A stretch of 64,000 nt of DNA from Vulcanimicrobiota bacterium (GCA_963714015.1 OY970223.1:128001-192000), one strand, 5' to 3'; positions 44,809 to 56,301 are shown, counted from the first letter of the stretch. The notes: generated by a model from the letters alone, not told the origin. Translations and numbers: made by a program.

Positions 44809-45483
44809 ATGTCCATGAGATTTCAGAGATGGAACCGTTCGCTTTGCGCAGGCTTGCTCGCCGCTCTAGCAGCGGCACTGCCTTTTTCTGCCGGCGCAGC
44901 AACGATCGATCCGGCTTTGCTGCACCCGGGTACGCTGACGGCGCAAGCGCCTGCAAAGTACGACGTTACGTTCAAAACGACCGCCGGCACGTTCGTGGTT
45001 CACGTGACGCGGGCATGGGCGCCGCACGGCGCCGATCGGTTTTACAATCTGGTGAAGCATGGATTTTACAACGGAGCAGCGTTTTTTCGTGTGCTGCCCG
45101 GCTTCGTCGCGCAATTCGGACTGAGCCCGGATCCCGCGGTAAACCAAGTTTGGGCGAATGCGACGATCCCGGACGATCCCGTGGCGACGAGCAATCGCGC
45201 GGGTTCCGTCACGTTCGCCGATTCCGGACCCAATTCACGCACGACGCAGCTCTTCATTGATTTTGCGGATAACAAACGGCTCGACGGTCTGGGATTCGCG
45301 CCAATCGGGAGCGTGAGCTCCGGCATGAATATCGTACGCAAACTGTACGGCGGTTATGGCGAGCAGCCGAACCAAGACGCCATCACGGCGTCGGGCAGCA
45401 GCTACCTGCAGCAAAACTTTCCGAAACTCGATCGTATCATCTGGGCGAAGATCCCCTCGCGCTCAAACGTCAGCGGAAAGTAA
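44809..45483 (+). CDS. exported cyclophilin-type peptidyl-prolyl isomerase
   Basis: Signal peptide; WAP.GADRFYNLV..GFY, FFRV.PGFVAQFG, SRTTQLFI. Confidence 0.9.
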   Translation: MSMRFQRWNRSLCAGLLAALAAALPFSAGAATIDPALLHPGTLTAQAPAKYDVTFKTTAGTFVVHVTRAWAPHGADRFYNLVKHGFYNGAAFFRVLPGFVAQFGLSPDPAVNQVWANATIPDDPVATSNRAGSVTFADSGPNSRTTQLFIDFADNKRLDGLGFAPIGSVSSGMNIVRKLYGGYGEQPNQDAITASGSSYLQQNFPKLDRIIWAKIPSRSNVSGK

Positions 45484-45563
45484 CTATACTAAGAGAGCAG
45501 GGTTCGGTCGAGTGCGTGGCCCCAAGGGCGCCGTCGCCGCAACGCTAACGGAGGATACGCAAT

Positions 45564-46724
45564 ATGCCCGGCCGGTCAACGCTGTCTTTGTGGGCGGGAG
45601 AGGAAACTCCGCAGCCGTTTGGAGCTTCGCAAGTTCCAATCGTTCAAAGCATCACGTTCGGATTTCCATCAGTGGAAGAGTGGCTCGCCGTGGCGACCCA
45701 TGGGCAAGCCGGCCACATCTACTCTAGAAACACCAACCCGACTGTCGCGACCCTGGAAGAAAAAATCCGGCAGCTCGAAGACGCCCAAGCCGCCACGAGC
45801 TTCTCTTCGGGAATGGCGGCGATCAGCAACACGCTGTTCGCATTGCTGGCGCCCGGAAACCGCGTCGTCGCCGTTCAGGATACATACGGCGGAACGAATC
45901 AGCTCTTCATCGATTTTTTGCCCAAAGCCGGTATCGACGTCGTCCTTTGCGAGACGAGCGATGATGCCGTCGAGCAGGCGCTGCACGACGGAGCGCAGGT
46001 CTTGTACGTTGAATCTCCGACAAACCCGACGCTCAAGGTGCTCGACATCGAGAGGCTCGCGCGCGCCGCGCATGCTTCGGCCGCATTATGCGTGGTCGAT
46101 AATACCGTCGCTACGCCCATTAACCAGCGCCCGATAGCACTGGGCGCCGATCTCGTGATTCACAGCGCTTCGAAGTTCCTCGGCGGACACGGAGACGCGC
46201 TCGGCGGCCTGGTATGCGGCACCGAGGATTTGATTCGGCAGATCTTCCACTATCGCGAGATAACGGGGGCTGCGCTCGATCCGTTTGCGGCGTACTTACT
46301 TTTGCGCGGCATGAAAACGCTATCCATTCGCGTCGAGCGCCAAAATGCCAGTGCGCTGGCCATCGCGCAATTTCTCGAGGAGCATCCTGCCGTCGAGCGC
46401 GTCTTTTATCCCGGTCTTCCGTCGCACTCGCGGCACGCCGTGGCAAAACGTCAGATGTCGGGATTCGGCGGCATGCTGAGCTTCATGCTGAAGGAAGACG
46501 GGCCCAAAGCGGCTGGTGTGCTCGATGCGCTGCAATTTGCTCATCGCGCTGCCTCGCTGGGGCACGTCGAGACGGTGGCCGGATTACCGTCTACGACCAG
46601 TCACGTGGAGTGTTCGGCGGAAGAACGCGCCGCTATGGGCATCCCGGAAACGCTCATTCGCTACTCGGTCGGCATCGAAGACGTAGACGACCTCATCGGC
46701 GATTTGCGCAAAGCGCTCGGTTAG
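45564..46724 (+). CDS. cystathionine gamma-synthase/lyase family PLP enzyme
   Basis: YSRNTNPT, SGMAAI, ESPTNP, VDNT, HSASKFLGGHGD. Confidence 0.92.
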   Translation: MPGRSTLSLWAGEETPQPFGASQVPIVQSITFGFPSVEEWLAVATHGQAGHIYSRNTNPTVATLEEKIRQLEDAQAATSFSSGMAAISNTLFALLAPGNRVVAVQDTYGGTNQLFIDFLPKAGIDVVLCETSDDAVEQALHDGAQVLYVESPTNPTLKVLDIERLARAAHASAALCVVDNTVATPINQRPIALGADLVIHSASKFLGGHGDALGGLVCGTEDLIRQIFHYREITGAALDPFAAYLLLRGMKTLSIRVERQNASALAIAQFLEEHPAVERVFYPGLPSHSRHAVAKRQMSGFGGMLSFMLKEDGPKAAGVLDALQFAHRAASLGHVETVAGLPSTTSHVECSAEERAAMGIPETLIRYSVGIEDVDDLIGDLRKALG

Positions 46725-46862
46725 CCATCCACGGTGCCCGGTGCCCCCCGGAGTATTTCTCGATCTGTTAAGCGCGAAGCGGATCCATGGCGTTTTGCAA
46801 CGAGGGAACGCGAACGCCGCAAGTACGAGCGCCCGAGATTGCATGCTCGATCGGCGTCTGCC

Positions 46863-46886
46863 AACAGTTGGCGGGTTCCGAGCGTC
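46863..46886 (+). promoter_or_regulatory. candidate ECF-type autoregulatory promoter
   Basis: AAC-17 nt-CGTC immediately upstream of the sigma gene ATG. Confidence 0.4.
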
Positions 46887-46888
46887 TT

Positions 46889-47458
46889 ATGAGTGTGGCA
46901 TTTACCATCGAGGCTTCGCTCGTAGAGGCGGCCCGTTCACAAGCCGGCGCATTGGAAGCGCTGATCGGCGCGGTTTGGCCTGACGCATATCGTCTGGCGT
47001 ACGGGATTCTCTACGACCGCGGTTTGGCGGAGGATGCGGCGCAAGAGGCGTGCGCGGCGATGGCAATGTCGCTGAATTCGCTCAATCGGCCCGAAGCTTT
47101 TCGTTCGTGGTTTTGCCGCCTGGTCGTCAACGAGTCGATCAGCGCGAACCGCCGGCGCCGCGAGGTGGCTGCGCCGCCTGATGAGATATGTATTGCGGCC
47201 GCGCCCGATTCCACGGACGCTCTTGACTTGGCGATTGCGATTCGCGCGTTATCGCCCGAACAGCGTGCGATCGTACTGCTTCATTATTTTGCCGGTTTGA
47301 ACAGCCGAGAGATCGCGGAGGCGGCGCGCATCCCCGCCTCGACCGTGCGATTCCATCTCATGAAGGCGCGCAACGCGCTTCGCCGCGCACTTGCCGATTC
47401 GACTGCATCATCATCTTCGGAGGCCTTTTCAAATGCTCACGGACTTGCAGATTCGTAA
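46889..47458 (+). CDS. ECF sigma factor
   Basis: AEDAAQEA, FRSWF.R region 2; LSPEQR..VLLHY..GL..REIA.....STVR region 4. Confidence 0.9.
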   Translation: MSVAFTIEASLVEAARSQAGALEALIGAVWPDAYRLAYGILYDRGLAEDAAQEACAAMAMSLNSLNRPEAFRSWFCRLVVNESISANRRRREVAAPPDEICIAAAPDSTDALDLAIAIRALSPEQRAIVLLHYFAGLNSREIAEAARIPASTVRFHLMKARNALRRALADSTASSSSEAFSNAHGLADS

Positions 47459-48200
47459 CGCAGCGGACGTGCTGTGGCGGTCGATCGACGTACCGCCGCT
47501 GCCCATGCCCCACATCAAACAATCGATGGAACGGCGCGGCGCGAAAGCCCTCGGATCGCGCACACCGCGACTCTCGCGTCCGGCACTAGCCTTTGCGGCT
47601 ATCGTCTTCGCCGCGCTTCCGCTTCTCGCGTATTCGATCGTCTCGTACCAGACTCGTTCGCGCCAAGCGCTCGAAGCACGCGGCGGATGGGCACCGCCGC
47701 CGCCGCCCGCATCGCTATTCGCGCGCCTGAAGCCGAAGGATGTTACGCTGACGCAAGCGCGACTTGGGCTGACGTTTGCGCTTTTGCCGCCGGCGGGTGT
47801 GCCGAGCGACGCGCGGCTATCGAAGATCGAACTCGGCGCCATCGGCCTCTACAACCGCGCGACGAAGGCGTGGCAACTCGGGCCGAACGAGGTCGTATTC
47901 CGATACGACCGTGGCCGCAGCCAATTTTTCAACGTCCTCATTCAACGGTATGACGCATCGGATTTACCCGGGCGGTACATATTCGAGGATGTGGGACCCG
48001 ACCGCAAGGGCAATCCGGTACTCATTCGATACGACCAGTTCGCCTGGCGAAATGGCGATCAGATGACCCAGGCCACCACCAGCGCTGCGATCAACGATCG
48101 CGCCATCCAGGAAATCGCGCGCGCAATGCACGGCACGATGCTGCAGTTGCGGTGGCCGAACAGCGACGCCGCGGCCGGCACACTGCACGTCATCCGGTAA
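47433..48200 (+). CDS. putative single-TM anti-sigma factor
   Basis: Overlaps sigma 3' end; GGAGG RBS; short N-terminus, one TM helix, extracytoplasmic domain. Confidence 0.6.
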   Translation: MLTDLQIRNAADVLWRSIDVPPLPMPHIKQSMERRGAKALGSRTPRLSRPALAFAAIVFAALPLLAYSIVSYQTRSRQALEARGGWAPPPPPASLFARLKPKDVTLTQARLGLTFALLPPAGVPSDARLSKIELGAIGLYNRATKAWQLGPNEVVFRYDRGRSQFFNVLIQRYDASDLPGRYIFEDVGPDRKGNPVLIRYDQFAWRNGDQMTQATTSAAINDRAIQEIARAMHGTMLQLRWPNSDAAAGTLHVIR

Positions 48201-48231
48201 CTGGGCGCGAAGCCACACCCCAGAATCGGCG

Positions 48232-50962
48232 TCAATGGGCCTTAGCCTCGCCTAAGGCGATCGCCGCTGCGCGGCCGTGGCTAAGTGCTGCGCCCTCGTC
48301 TGAAAGCTGTGCCAGTTCCTGTTCGGGGAGCATCCCGCGCAGCGCCGCATCGTAGCGCTCGCGAATGCGTCTCGAGGCATGCTGAGAATCATACTGCATT
48401 CGTTCGAACGCGCGCTTGGTGTACGCGGCGATTCTCGCTCCGGTGACGGCGTCGCCTTCCAGCGTGCGGGCGAATCCGAGGTTCTCGATTGCGCGCACCG
48501 ACATGACGCTCTCCGCATGGACGCCCGCGTCGCGCAGAATGGCGCATCCGATTTCCGCAGCCTCTCGGGCACGGCCGGAAAAAGCCAAATAGCCGCAGAG
48601 GTCGACGCGCTGCATCAAAGCGGCCAAACGAAATTTCGTGTCTTCGTTCGGCGGGATCGTTTCCTTTAAAATGTCGATCGCGCGCGAGACGTTTCCGCGC
48701 AGAAATTCGATATCTGCGATATTCAGATCGCAAATCATGACGTTGTCCGCATCGCCGGCCTGGACTTGCGAACGCCGCGTTATCTCAAAGGCTTGCACGG
48801 CCCCCTCGTAATCACCGCACGCAGCGCAAACCAAGCCCTTCGTACTCATGAGTACCATCTGCAGCCGCGTCTCGCCGGGCGGCGCGACGGAGAACGCTTC
48901 GTCTATGGCGGCGCGCGCTTCATCGACTTTGCCGACCATTGCCGCGGCATACGCGTACGCGCGCAAACCGTTTGCAACGTACGCCGCCTTTCCGCACATG
49001 CGGGCGTACCGCAAGGCCTCCGATGCGGCGTGAAGTTGTCCCCTGGCGCCGGGCAGATACCGGACCTGCACCCACAGGCGATACTTCAGTTCGGGATGCG
49101 TATCGGGAATCAATGCGATGTAGCGGTGCAGAAACTCAATCGCTTCGTTGACGATATTCAGATGTCCCCAGACGCTCAGCACCGCGGCGGCGAGTTCTGC
49201 GCCGCGCAGCGGACTGTGCTCCAGACCGCAATTCAGAGCCGCGCGCAGGTCTTGCAGTTGCGAAAATACGGCGTCCCGGAACGGCACGCGATTGCCCGTG
49301 CGCTCCGCGCGTTCCAATTCGCCTTTGAAACGGTCGCGAAAATATTCGAGGTGCCGCTCCGCGGTTTGCTCTAGCGCTCCTGCCGCTTCGAGCTTTTCCC
49401 GGCAGTACGCGCGCGTCGATTCCAGCAGCCGATACCGCATGGGATCGGAGTCGGGCACGGTCGATACGAGCGATTTGTCGACCAGAGATTGCAGCATGTC
49501 GAGCACTTCGAGCTCGTCCGGAGGTTCGTCGCCGGCGACGGCGGCCGCGCCGTCCGCCGTAAACCCGTCTACGAAAATCGAAAGACGTCCAAATACCGAT
49601 CGCTCGGCGTCCGTCAAAAGGTCGTAGACTCCAGTCGATGAGGGCGCGCAGCGTTTGTTGCCGGGGAAGCGTCGTACGCGCGCCTCCCGTAAGCATGCGA
49701 AAGCGCTCGTCGAGCCGATCGCGCAGCTGTTGCGGGCTCAGAATTTTGACGCGGGAGGCGGCAAGCTCTATGGCGAGTGGAATGCCGTCGAGGCGGTTGC
49801 AAACGTCCGCAACGATTGCCGCATTGCTCGGCGTCAATGCGAAGCGGTTGTTCGCCGCGGCCGCGCGGTCTGCGAAGAGTTGAGACGCCTGTTCCGGCGA
49901 CAGTGAGGGGAGCCGGTACGTCGATTCGCCGGCAATTTGAAGACTCTGCCGCGACGTCGCAAGAACGCGGATATTTGGGCACTGATTGAGCAACGCCGAA
50001 ACGACGCGGCTCACGGTATCGACGAGATGTTCGCAGTTATCCAAGATCAACAGCGCTTGCCGCTCTTTGAGCGCTGCCACGAGCGCCTCGAGCGGCTCCC
50101 CACCGCCCCCTGCCGTCGATGAAATCGCCTGCGCGATTGCGGGCGCCACGTAGTCGCCGCTGGTAAGCGGGGCAAGTTCGATGAACCAAACGCCGTCCGT
50201 CGCGCGGTCGATCAGATGGGCGCCGACTTGCAGTGCCGTGCGCGTTTTGCCTACGCCGCCTGCGCCGACAACCGTCACCAGCCGGTGCGCCGCAACGAGG
50301 TCCGCAATTTGCGCCACCTCTTCATCGCGCCCGATGAACGAACTGATCTGCTGCGGCAGATTGTTGGCCAGCGCGCTCATCGATCGAAGCGGCGGAAACT
50401 CGCTCCGCAAGCCGTCTCCAACGAGTTGGTAGACGCGTTCGGGCTGCGAAAGATCCTTAAGCCGGTGCGCCCCCAAATCGAGCACTTCCGGCATTGCATC
50501 CGCGTCCCTCAGGAGATCGCTCGTCGCACCGGAAAGCAGTATTTGGCCGCCATGCGCTATCGCCAGCAATCGAGCCGCTCGATTTACCGCGATGCCGAAA
50601 AAGTCTCCATCCCGCTCTTCGCAAGCACCGGTGTGAATTGCGGCGCGAACGAGCAGTCCGTCGATGGAGCTGAAGTCTTCGGTGCTTAGCGCGCGCTGCG
50701 CGGCGGTCATCGCCGCGACGGCATCAGCGGGCCGGGAAAACGCCGAATAAAACGCGTCTCCGAGGCACTTGAAGATGTGGCCGCCGTGCTCGCTAATTGC
50801 GGCGCGCAAGATCCCATCGTGGCGGCGCAGCGCCTCCTGCATCGCCGCCGCATTGCGATCCCACCGCACGGTGCTGCCTTCGATGTCGGTGAAGGCAAAC
50901 GTCACCGCGGGCGCCGTCGCGGAAGCGGCGCGCTGCGAAAGACGTTCCGAAGACATCTGCAT
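48232..50962 (-). CDS. class III nucleotide cyclase-STAND ATPase-TPR protein (frameshift near 49620)
   Basis: FTDIEGST, LGDAF, NRAARL; GAGGVGKT; LDNCEH; DGIPLAIELAA; YRLLESTR. Confidence 0.88.
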
Positions 50963-50985
50963 ACCAGCGCCTCGGTGCCTTATTT

Positions 50986-51882
50986 CTACGCAGGAACGGC
51001 TTGGCCCGCGCGGCCGCTTAGCCGCTTTCCAAGCGGGCCCCTATCGACGAGGGGGTAGCTGAAGAAATTCGAGCCGTTGCCCACGTCGTCCCAACGAAAT
51101 CCCTCAGGCAGGTTCAGGCGGTAGTCCATCTCCGTAAGAATTCGCAGCGACTCCTTGGTTGAGTCCGGATACTCGCCGCCCATTTCCAGATAAATTAGCG
51201 GCCTGTCTCGGGCAATCAACTCCCGGGCGCCGTCCAGTACGAACGGTTCGTAGCCCTCAGTGTCGATCTTTATGAGCGCAATGCGCCGCTCGCGCAGTTG
51301 CGTAACGTCGTCGAGACGCACTACTTGAACGGATTCCGATTGTGCGCCCGAGACGTCATGCGTCAGCGTGTCGTTTCCCGACGAGCCGGAGATCCGATTG
51401 AGTGTAAGCGTGGCAGGGCTCGAGCCGCAGCCCATATTCAGCGGAGTGACGCATCCGGAAAGTCCGTTTGCGTCGATGGTGCGAAGCAGCTTCCGAAACG
51501 TTCTCGGCGACGGTTCGAACGAAAAGATCCGCCCCGACGGGCCGGTAATGGACGCCATCAGGACCGTGGTCCACCCGAGGTTTGCGCCGACGTCGATTGC
51601 GGCATCGCCAGGCTTGAGCATCGCCGAGTAGACCGGCAGATCGTTTTGATGGTACTCCGCGTCGTGCATATGATAGGTCAGCTCTTGCACGTCGCCGTCG
51701 TCCGAGTAGATCAGTTTGATCCAGCCGTAATCGGCGAACCGATCGCCGTACGGATCCTTCGGCAAACGCCGGAGCGTTGCGGCGGTCGAGTAGCGATGCG
51801 CGTGGTTGGATAGCTTTTGCAGAAGCCGAAAAGCCAGCGGACGCACGTGCTGAACGGAGAGTCGCGGCGCGCTTAACCCCAT
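50986..51882 (-). CDS. FkbM-family methyltransferase
   Basis: IDVGANLG, FEPSP, IKIDTEGYE..VLDGA. Confidence 0.9.
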   Translation of the reverse strand: MGLSAPRLSVQHVRPLAFRLLQKLSNHAHRYSTAATLRRLPKDPYGDRFADYGWIKLIYSDDGDVQELTYHMHDAEYHQNDLPVYSAMLKPGDAAIDVGANLGWTTVLMASITGPSGRIFSFEPSPRTFRKLLRTIDANGLSGCVTPLNMGCGSSPATLTLNRISGSSGNDTLTHDVSGAQSESVQVVRLDDVTQLRERRIALIKIDTEGYEPFVLDGARELIARDRPLIYLEMGGEYPDSTKESLRILTEMDYRLNLPEGFRWDDVGNGSNFFSYPLVDRGPLGKRLSGRAGQAVPA

Positions 51883-52009
51883 GCGCGGATGATAACACCA
51901 CTGGAAGCGCCGCAAGCGTGTCGCCGGCCCATCTCCGGCGTGGTCATCCTGCCGAAGGCGCATAGCCGAGCATGCCCATCCAAGACCGGGACCCAGCTGC
52001 GGCGCCTGC

Positions 52010-52531
52010 CTAACGCCTCCGCGGTTTTGGAAAGACTTCGGAAACCTCGAACGTCAGCCAGGGAGCGGCCGCGTGCGCAAAGCGTTCGCCGGCGTGGAAC
52101 GTGCGGACGCCGTCGAGTGAATGTGCCGCGATGGCCTTGCAAGCGGGGTCGACGTCGAGCACCAGTATGGATCCGGTTGCCAAATAGCGCTCGATCTTGC
52201 GCCGAAGGTACAGCACGCGTACCGATGGAGAGCGGATTTCTATAGCGATGTCGGGGGCGAATGGCGGCTCTTCGGCTTCTTCGTCGCTTAGCCGCCCCAG
52301 CCGTTCCTTCGAAATGAACGCGATATCGGGCACGAATTCGCTCTCGCTATTATCCGCGGCCCCCACGCAGAAGCGCCACTCGGGCCCAAACTCTCCACGT
52401 TCCGCTGCGCAACGATCGAGAATGCGTAAGAGCGCCGCCTGCACCAAGGCGTGCGTCCGCCGGGGGCTCACTTTGGGATAGGGCCGTCCGTCGAGATATT
52501 CGAGTTCCGGCGGATCGTACAACGTAACCAT
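52010..52531 (-). CDS. Uma2 (DUF820) family PD-(D/E)xK endonuclease-like protein
   Basis: EYLDG...SP...H, PDIAF, APDIAIEIRSPS, KIERY. Confidence 0.88.
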   Translation of the reverse strand: MVTLYDPPELEYLDGRPYPKVSPRRTHALVQAALLRILDRCAAERGEFGPEWRFCVGAADNSESEFVPDIAFISKERLGRLSDEEAEEPPFAPDIAIEIRSPSVRVLYLRRKIERYLATGSILVLDVDPACKAIAAHSLDGVRTFHAGERFAHAAAPWLTFEVSEVFPKPRRR

Positions 52532-52534
52532 GGC

Positions 52535-52744
52535 TTACCTCCTAGACACCACGATGATGCTGTGCCCTTGGTGATCGTTCAGGAACTGGAGTCCCTCGAC
52601 GATCCAGCTGTCCAGGCCTCCGTGCGAATGTTTGGCTACTTCGCGCACGACGTGAATGCGATCTTTGAGCCAGGCCAGTTCCGAGCGAGTCGTCGGCGGC
52701 CAAATAGCAACCTCGCAATCTTCGCATTGATAGCCGTTAGCCAT
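52535..52744 (-). CDS. small CxxC/His protein (69 aa), possibly Zn-binding
   Basis: YQCEDC N-terminus and DHQGH C-terminus; GGAGG RBS for the downstream Uma2 gene lies in its 3' end. Confidence 0.55.
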   Translation of the reverse strand: MANGYQCEDCEVAIWPPTTRSELAWLKDRIHVVREVAKHSHGGLDSWIVEGLQFLNDHQGHSIIVVSRR

Positions 52745-53014
52745 GGCCCACTCTGCGCTGTCGCAAAAAGAGCGTCCTCCAATCGGACTACAATTCATGC
52801 GGCAGACGTCTCAGCGCTTCATGGTGCGAGGAGACGTATAGTTTGCCGATGCAGTTCGATACGCTCGTGAAGTGGCGCTGCCCTCAATTGCTTTTGACGT
52901 AGTTCCAATTCGCCGCGAGCCGTATTCGTTCTACGAAGACTTTCCAGGCTGCCCGCAGCCGCCGCTGATTTCCCTTCCCCCAGAAAGTCGACGCATTGGC
53001 GAAGCGTTCGCTCG

Positions 53015-54707
53015 GTGTCAAAGACACGCCGCTCTCCCGCATGGTTCTCCAGCTCGGCGTTCAACGCAACGGGCCTTTCGGCGTTCCTGCGCAGTGCTTC
53101 AGCGCGGCTCCCGGAGCTGTTGAACAGCGTGGATATTCGGCGGTCGGCCGGGGACATTCAAAACGCCGCAACGGTAGCGATCGAGGATGACCCGGCCTGC
53201 GCCGATGCGTTTGTCCGAAGCGCAAGTCTTCTCAAAGCGGCTTGGTCGATGTATGCGGACATCTTCAGCGGCCGCTTTGCACCCGACGAACTCAACGGAG
53301 TGCCGCTCGAGATGCGGCAGTATCCGAACGTGTTCGGAACGACGTCCTGCTACGAGAACGGCGCGATCCGCCGGCGCAAGAGCGCCGCCGTTTCTCGAGT
53401 TTTGGTTCTTGCGCGCGGACAAACGTTCGTGCTCGACTTCGGCCGGGATTGGGCCAATCTGGCAATCGATGATATTGCGAGCGCCTTCAAGAAAACGTGG
53501 AGCGAATCGTACGCATCGGATGCAGCCAATCGCGGAGCGAGCCTTGGTCTAGTATCGGCGACGAACGATAAACTGCAGCGATCGCTATTCGAAACGACCC
53601 TCCGTCATGCGACGAATCGCCAATCGCTCGCGGAGCTCCAGAATACCTTCTTGACGATTTGTCTAGATTTGGATGCGGAGCCGCGATCCTACGCTGAAGC
53701 GCTGCAGATTGCTCATGGAGGAAACACGCCGAATCGCTGGTTCAACGCAAGCACGCAAATTGTGGTTTTCGGTAACGCGCGGTCTTGCGGGATTTTCAAT
53801 TTCTCCGCTTGCATCGACGGCAACGTGATGATGCGCACCGCAAGCGAGCTGCGCGCCCGTGCGGCTCGGTACACTTCCCAGGCGGAGCATCGTGCGGAGC
53901 GGATGGGGGAGTCCCCGCCGAAAGCGCGGCGGCTCCGCTGGCTCATAGATGCGCAGGTTATCAAACGGGCGCAATCCGATCTCGCACAACTCGCCGACAG
54001 CGCGCAGTTCACTTTTGAACTTCCAGGCTATGGAAGCGCGCGATTCCATTCCCGAGGATTGGAACCGGTTTCAGCCTTCGTCATGGCGGTCAATATTGCG
54101 GCGTCCCGGATACTCCGCCGAGCACCCATCGTGTCGGAGTTTCTTACGCAGTCGCGATACCGGTACATGGGCGTCCGGTCAATCGTAACGACCACTCCTG
54201 AACATTTACGTTTTTTCGAGGCATTAGAATTACCCCAGCGAGATGTTCGTCATGCGCGGGCCGCTTTCGAAAACGCCTGCGCGAAACGGGCGCAGGCCTG
54301 CCGCAATGCTCGCTCCGTCTTGGCAATTCTTCCCGCGATCGATCTCTTCCGGAGCACCCTAGACACGCGCGGCCGAAAGACGTTCAATCGCAAGCTCTAC
54401 GGGTGCGTCGCCTTGCTGAGACGGCTGGGCCTTTCGGTGCCGCCGACCGACGTCACCCTCTCCTCTCCGGCGCTCGCGCCGGGAGTCCGATTCGTGGGAC
54501 GTTCGGGTGTGCGAACGCGCAGCACCGGCGGATTCCTGATGCATTATCACCTCTTAGAAGATCGGCTGGTGGTCACCGTTATGCCCGGCATCGAATGCCG
54601 CCATTCCAACGAGACTGATGGTTGCAGAAATTCGCCGGGCTCTGGACGATCTGCTGAACCTTTTTACTAATAGTAATTGCTCCTCCGCCGAAGGTGCGGA
54701 CGGCTGA
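53015..54707 (+). CDS. choline/carnitine O-acyltransferase-like protein (frameshift near 54615; start uncertain)
   Basis: RSASLL, PLEMRQYPNVFGTT, FLTICLD, NRWF.ASTQIVV..N, IDG; family-like C-terminal helix EIRRALDDLLNLF in another frame ending at 54707. Confidence 0.75.
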
Positions 54708-54777
54708 ATCGCAAACACAGATGGTTGCCGGCTCATTACGCACGCCGGCTTGCGTACTAAAACGGAGGCGCCATCTC

Positions 54778-54948
54778 ATGGAGTACGCCGCACCGAACGT
54801 CCTGACGTCTTACCTCGTTCCGGAGCTCTCTCGGGATGCAAGGGGCTTTGCCAGCGATCCCGTCTTCTGCGATCGTGACGAGCGCGCAGACTCGGGCCAT
54901 TATCCGGACTGCACGTATACCTTCGTGCCTCGCGGCGGGTACGACTAG
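54778..54948 (+). CDS. putative RiPP precursor peptide A1 (56 aa)
   Basis: MEYAAPNVLTSYLVPELSRDARGFASDPVFCDRDERADSGHYPDCTYTFVPRGGYD; ACGGAGG RBS; paralog of A2. Confidence 0.85.
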   Translation: MEYAAPNVLTSYLVPELSRDARGFASDPVFCDRDERADSGHYPDCTYTFVPRGGYD

Positions 54949-55064
54949 CCCGCCGCTTTTGCGGCATCTCGCCAAACGGCCCATTAATCCGACCGCAGAC
55001 GGCTCAGCGCTCTATAGTACGACGGCACGTATGGCCGTCCGTTGCCCTCGGATACGCTCATTTT

Positions 55065-56301
55065 ATGTGGAGCACTTCGCCTGCGGGGCGCGCCGCTTTG
55101 GCATGGCTGCTCACGCCGCTTTCGATTGAAGAGTTTCAATCGCAGTACTACGAGCGTGCGCCGATGCACGTTGCCCGCGACCGAGCTGGATATTACCAGC
55201 GCGTCTTCGATCTGCTCGAAGTGGAACGCATTCTCTACGCCAGCGAGCTTCACAAAGCCGATATCCGCCTGGTCAAAGACGGCGTGCCGGTGCGGCCGGA
55301 GTCATACCTGGTTCCGAAGCCGGTCTGCAAAGAGAACGAGCTCGAGCCGTATACCGATCGGGTCGACGCCGATCGGATCAGTGCGCTGTTTGCGAGCGGG
55401 TGCTCTATCGTCATGCACGACGTGCGCTCGCTTTCGGCTCCCGCGGCAAATTTCTGCCGTGAGTTGGAGATGCTCTTTCATCACCGCGTCTCGCCCAACA
55501 TGTATCTTACGCCCCCCGGTAATCAGGGCTTCGACGCGCACTACGACACGCACGATACGGCGATCGTGCAGATCGAGGGAACCAAGCACTGGCGCGTCTA
55601 CGAGTCGGCGTTTCCGCTTCCGCTGGACGATCAAACGTTCGATAAGCGCCTACACACTCCGGGAAAAGTTTGCATCGAGGCAGACCTGCGCCCCGGCGAT
55701 TTCCTCTACATCCCTCGCGGTTTTTTGCACGAGGCCAAGGCGAACGAGGACCTTTCGCTTCATTTGACGCTGGGTTTATATCCGCGTCGCTGGATCCAGG
55801 TGCTAAAGAAAGCGCTGGACGATGCCGGCGAGGCAGCGGAGAACGCGCTGCTGCGAGAGACGGCCACAGCCGAGAGCGTTCCGGCGCTGCACGCACTGCT
55901 GCAAAGCATCTTGGCGCATAGCGCGCTCTGCGCTGCCGAAGTCGCGATCGAAAACCAATTCGTGCGAGAACGGCGAAACGGGCTGGACGGCCAGATGAAT
56001 CAGATTTCCCGCTTGCGGGAGCTGGGCGAGGAATCGCTGGTTGCGCTGCGGCCGAACGTGCTGTACGAGCTGACCGAGAGCGAGAAAACCGCGCGGTTGG
56101 CGTTCTCCGGAAAGAATTTGGTGTTCGGAGCCGGCGCAAGCGGCATCATCCGGGAACTCGAAGGCGCGGCTTCGCGCGCGGGCCGGCGATCTGCTCAAGC
56201 ACGATCCCAAAGCGCTGGCGATCCTGCGTAAGCTGATTCAGGAAGGCTTTGCCGTTCAACTTCCTCCCGCGCAGCAGCGCGCAGCGCGAACGGTAGCCTA
56301 A
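55065..56301 (+). CDS. JmjC/cupin-4 Fe(II)/2OG oxygenase 1, NO66/RoxA-like (frameshift near 56180)
   Basis: YLTPPGNQGF.AHYDTHD..QIEG.KHW and PGDFLYIPRG..HEA (HxD...H); C-terminus HDPKALAILRKLIQEGFAVQL continues in another frame to TAA at 56301. Confidence 0.92.

Noticed and set aside
52010..52531. Uma2 gene as a restriction/defence system
   Set aside because: No cognate DNA methylase or defence genes nearby; the family is commonly multicopy with unclear activity
54868..54912. EGF-type Asp/Asn hydroxylation consensus in the Cys loop
   Set aside because: Spacing is C-x13-C with Y-P-x-C, not the C-x-D/N-x4-Y/F-x-C consensus, and the enzymes are not AspH family
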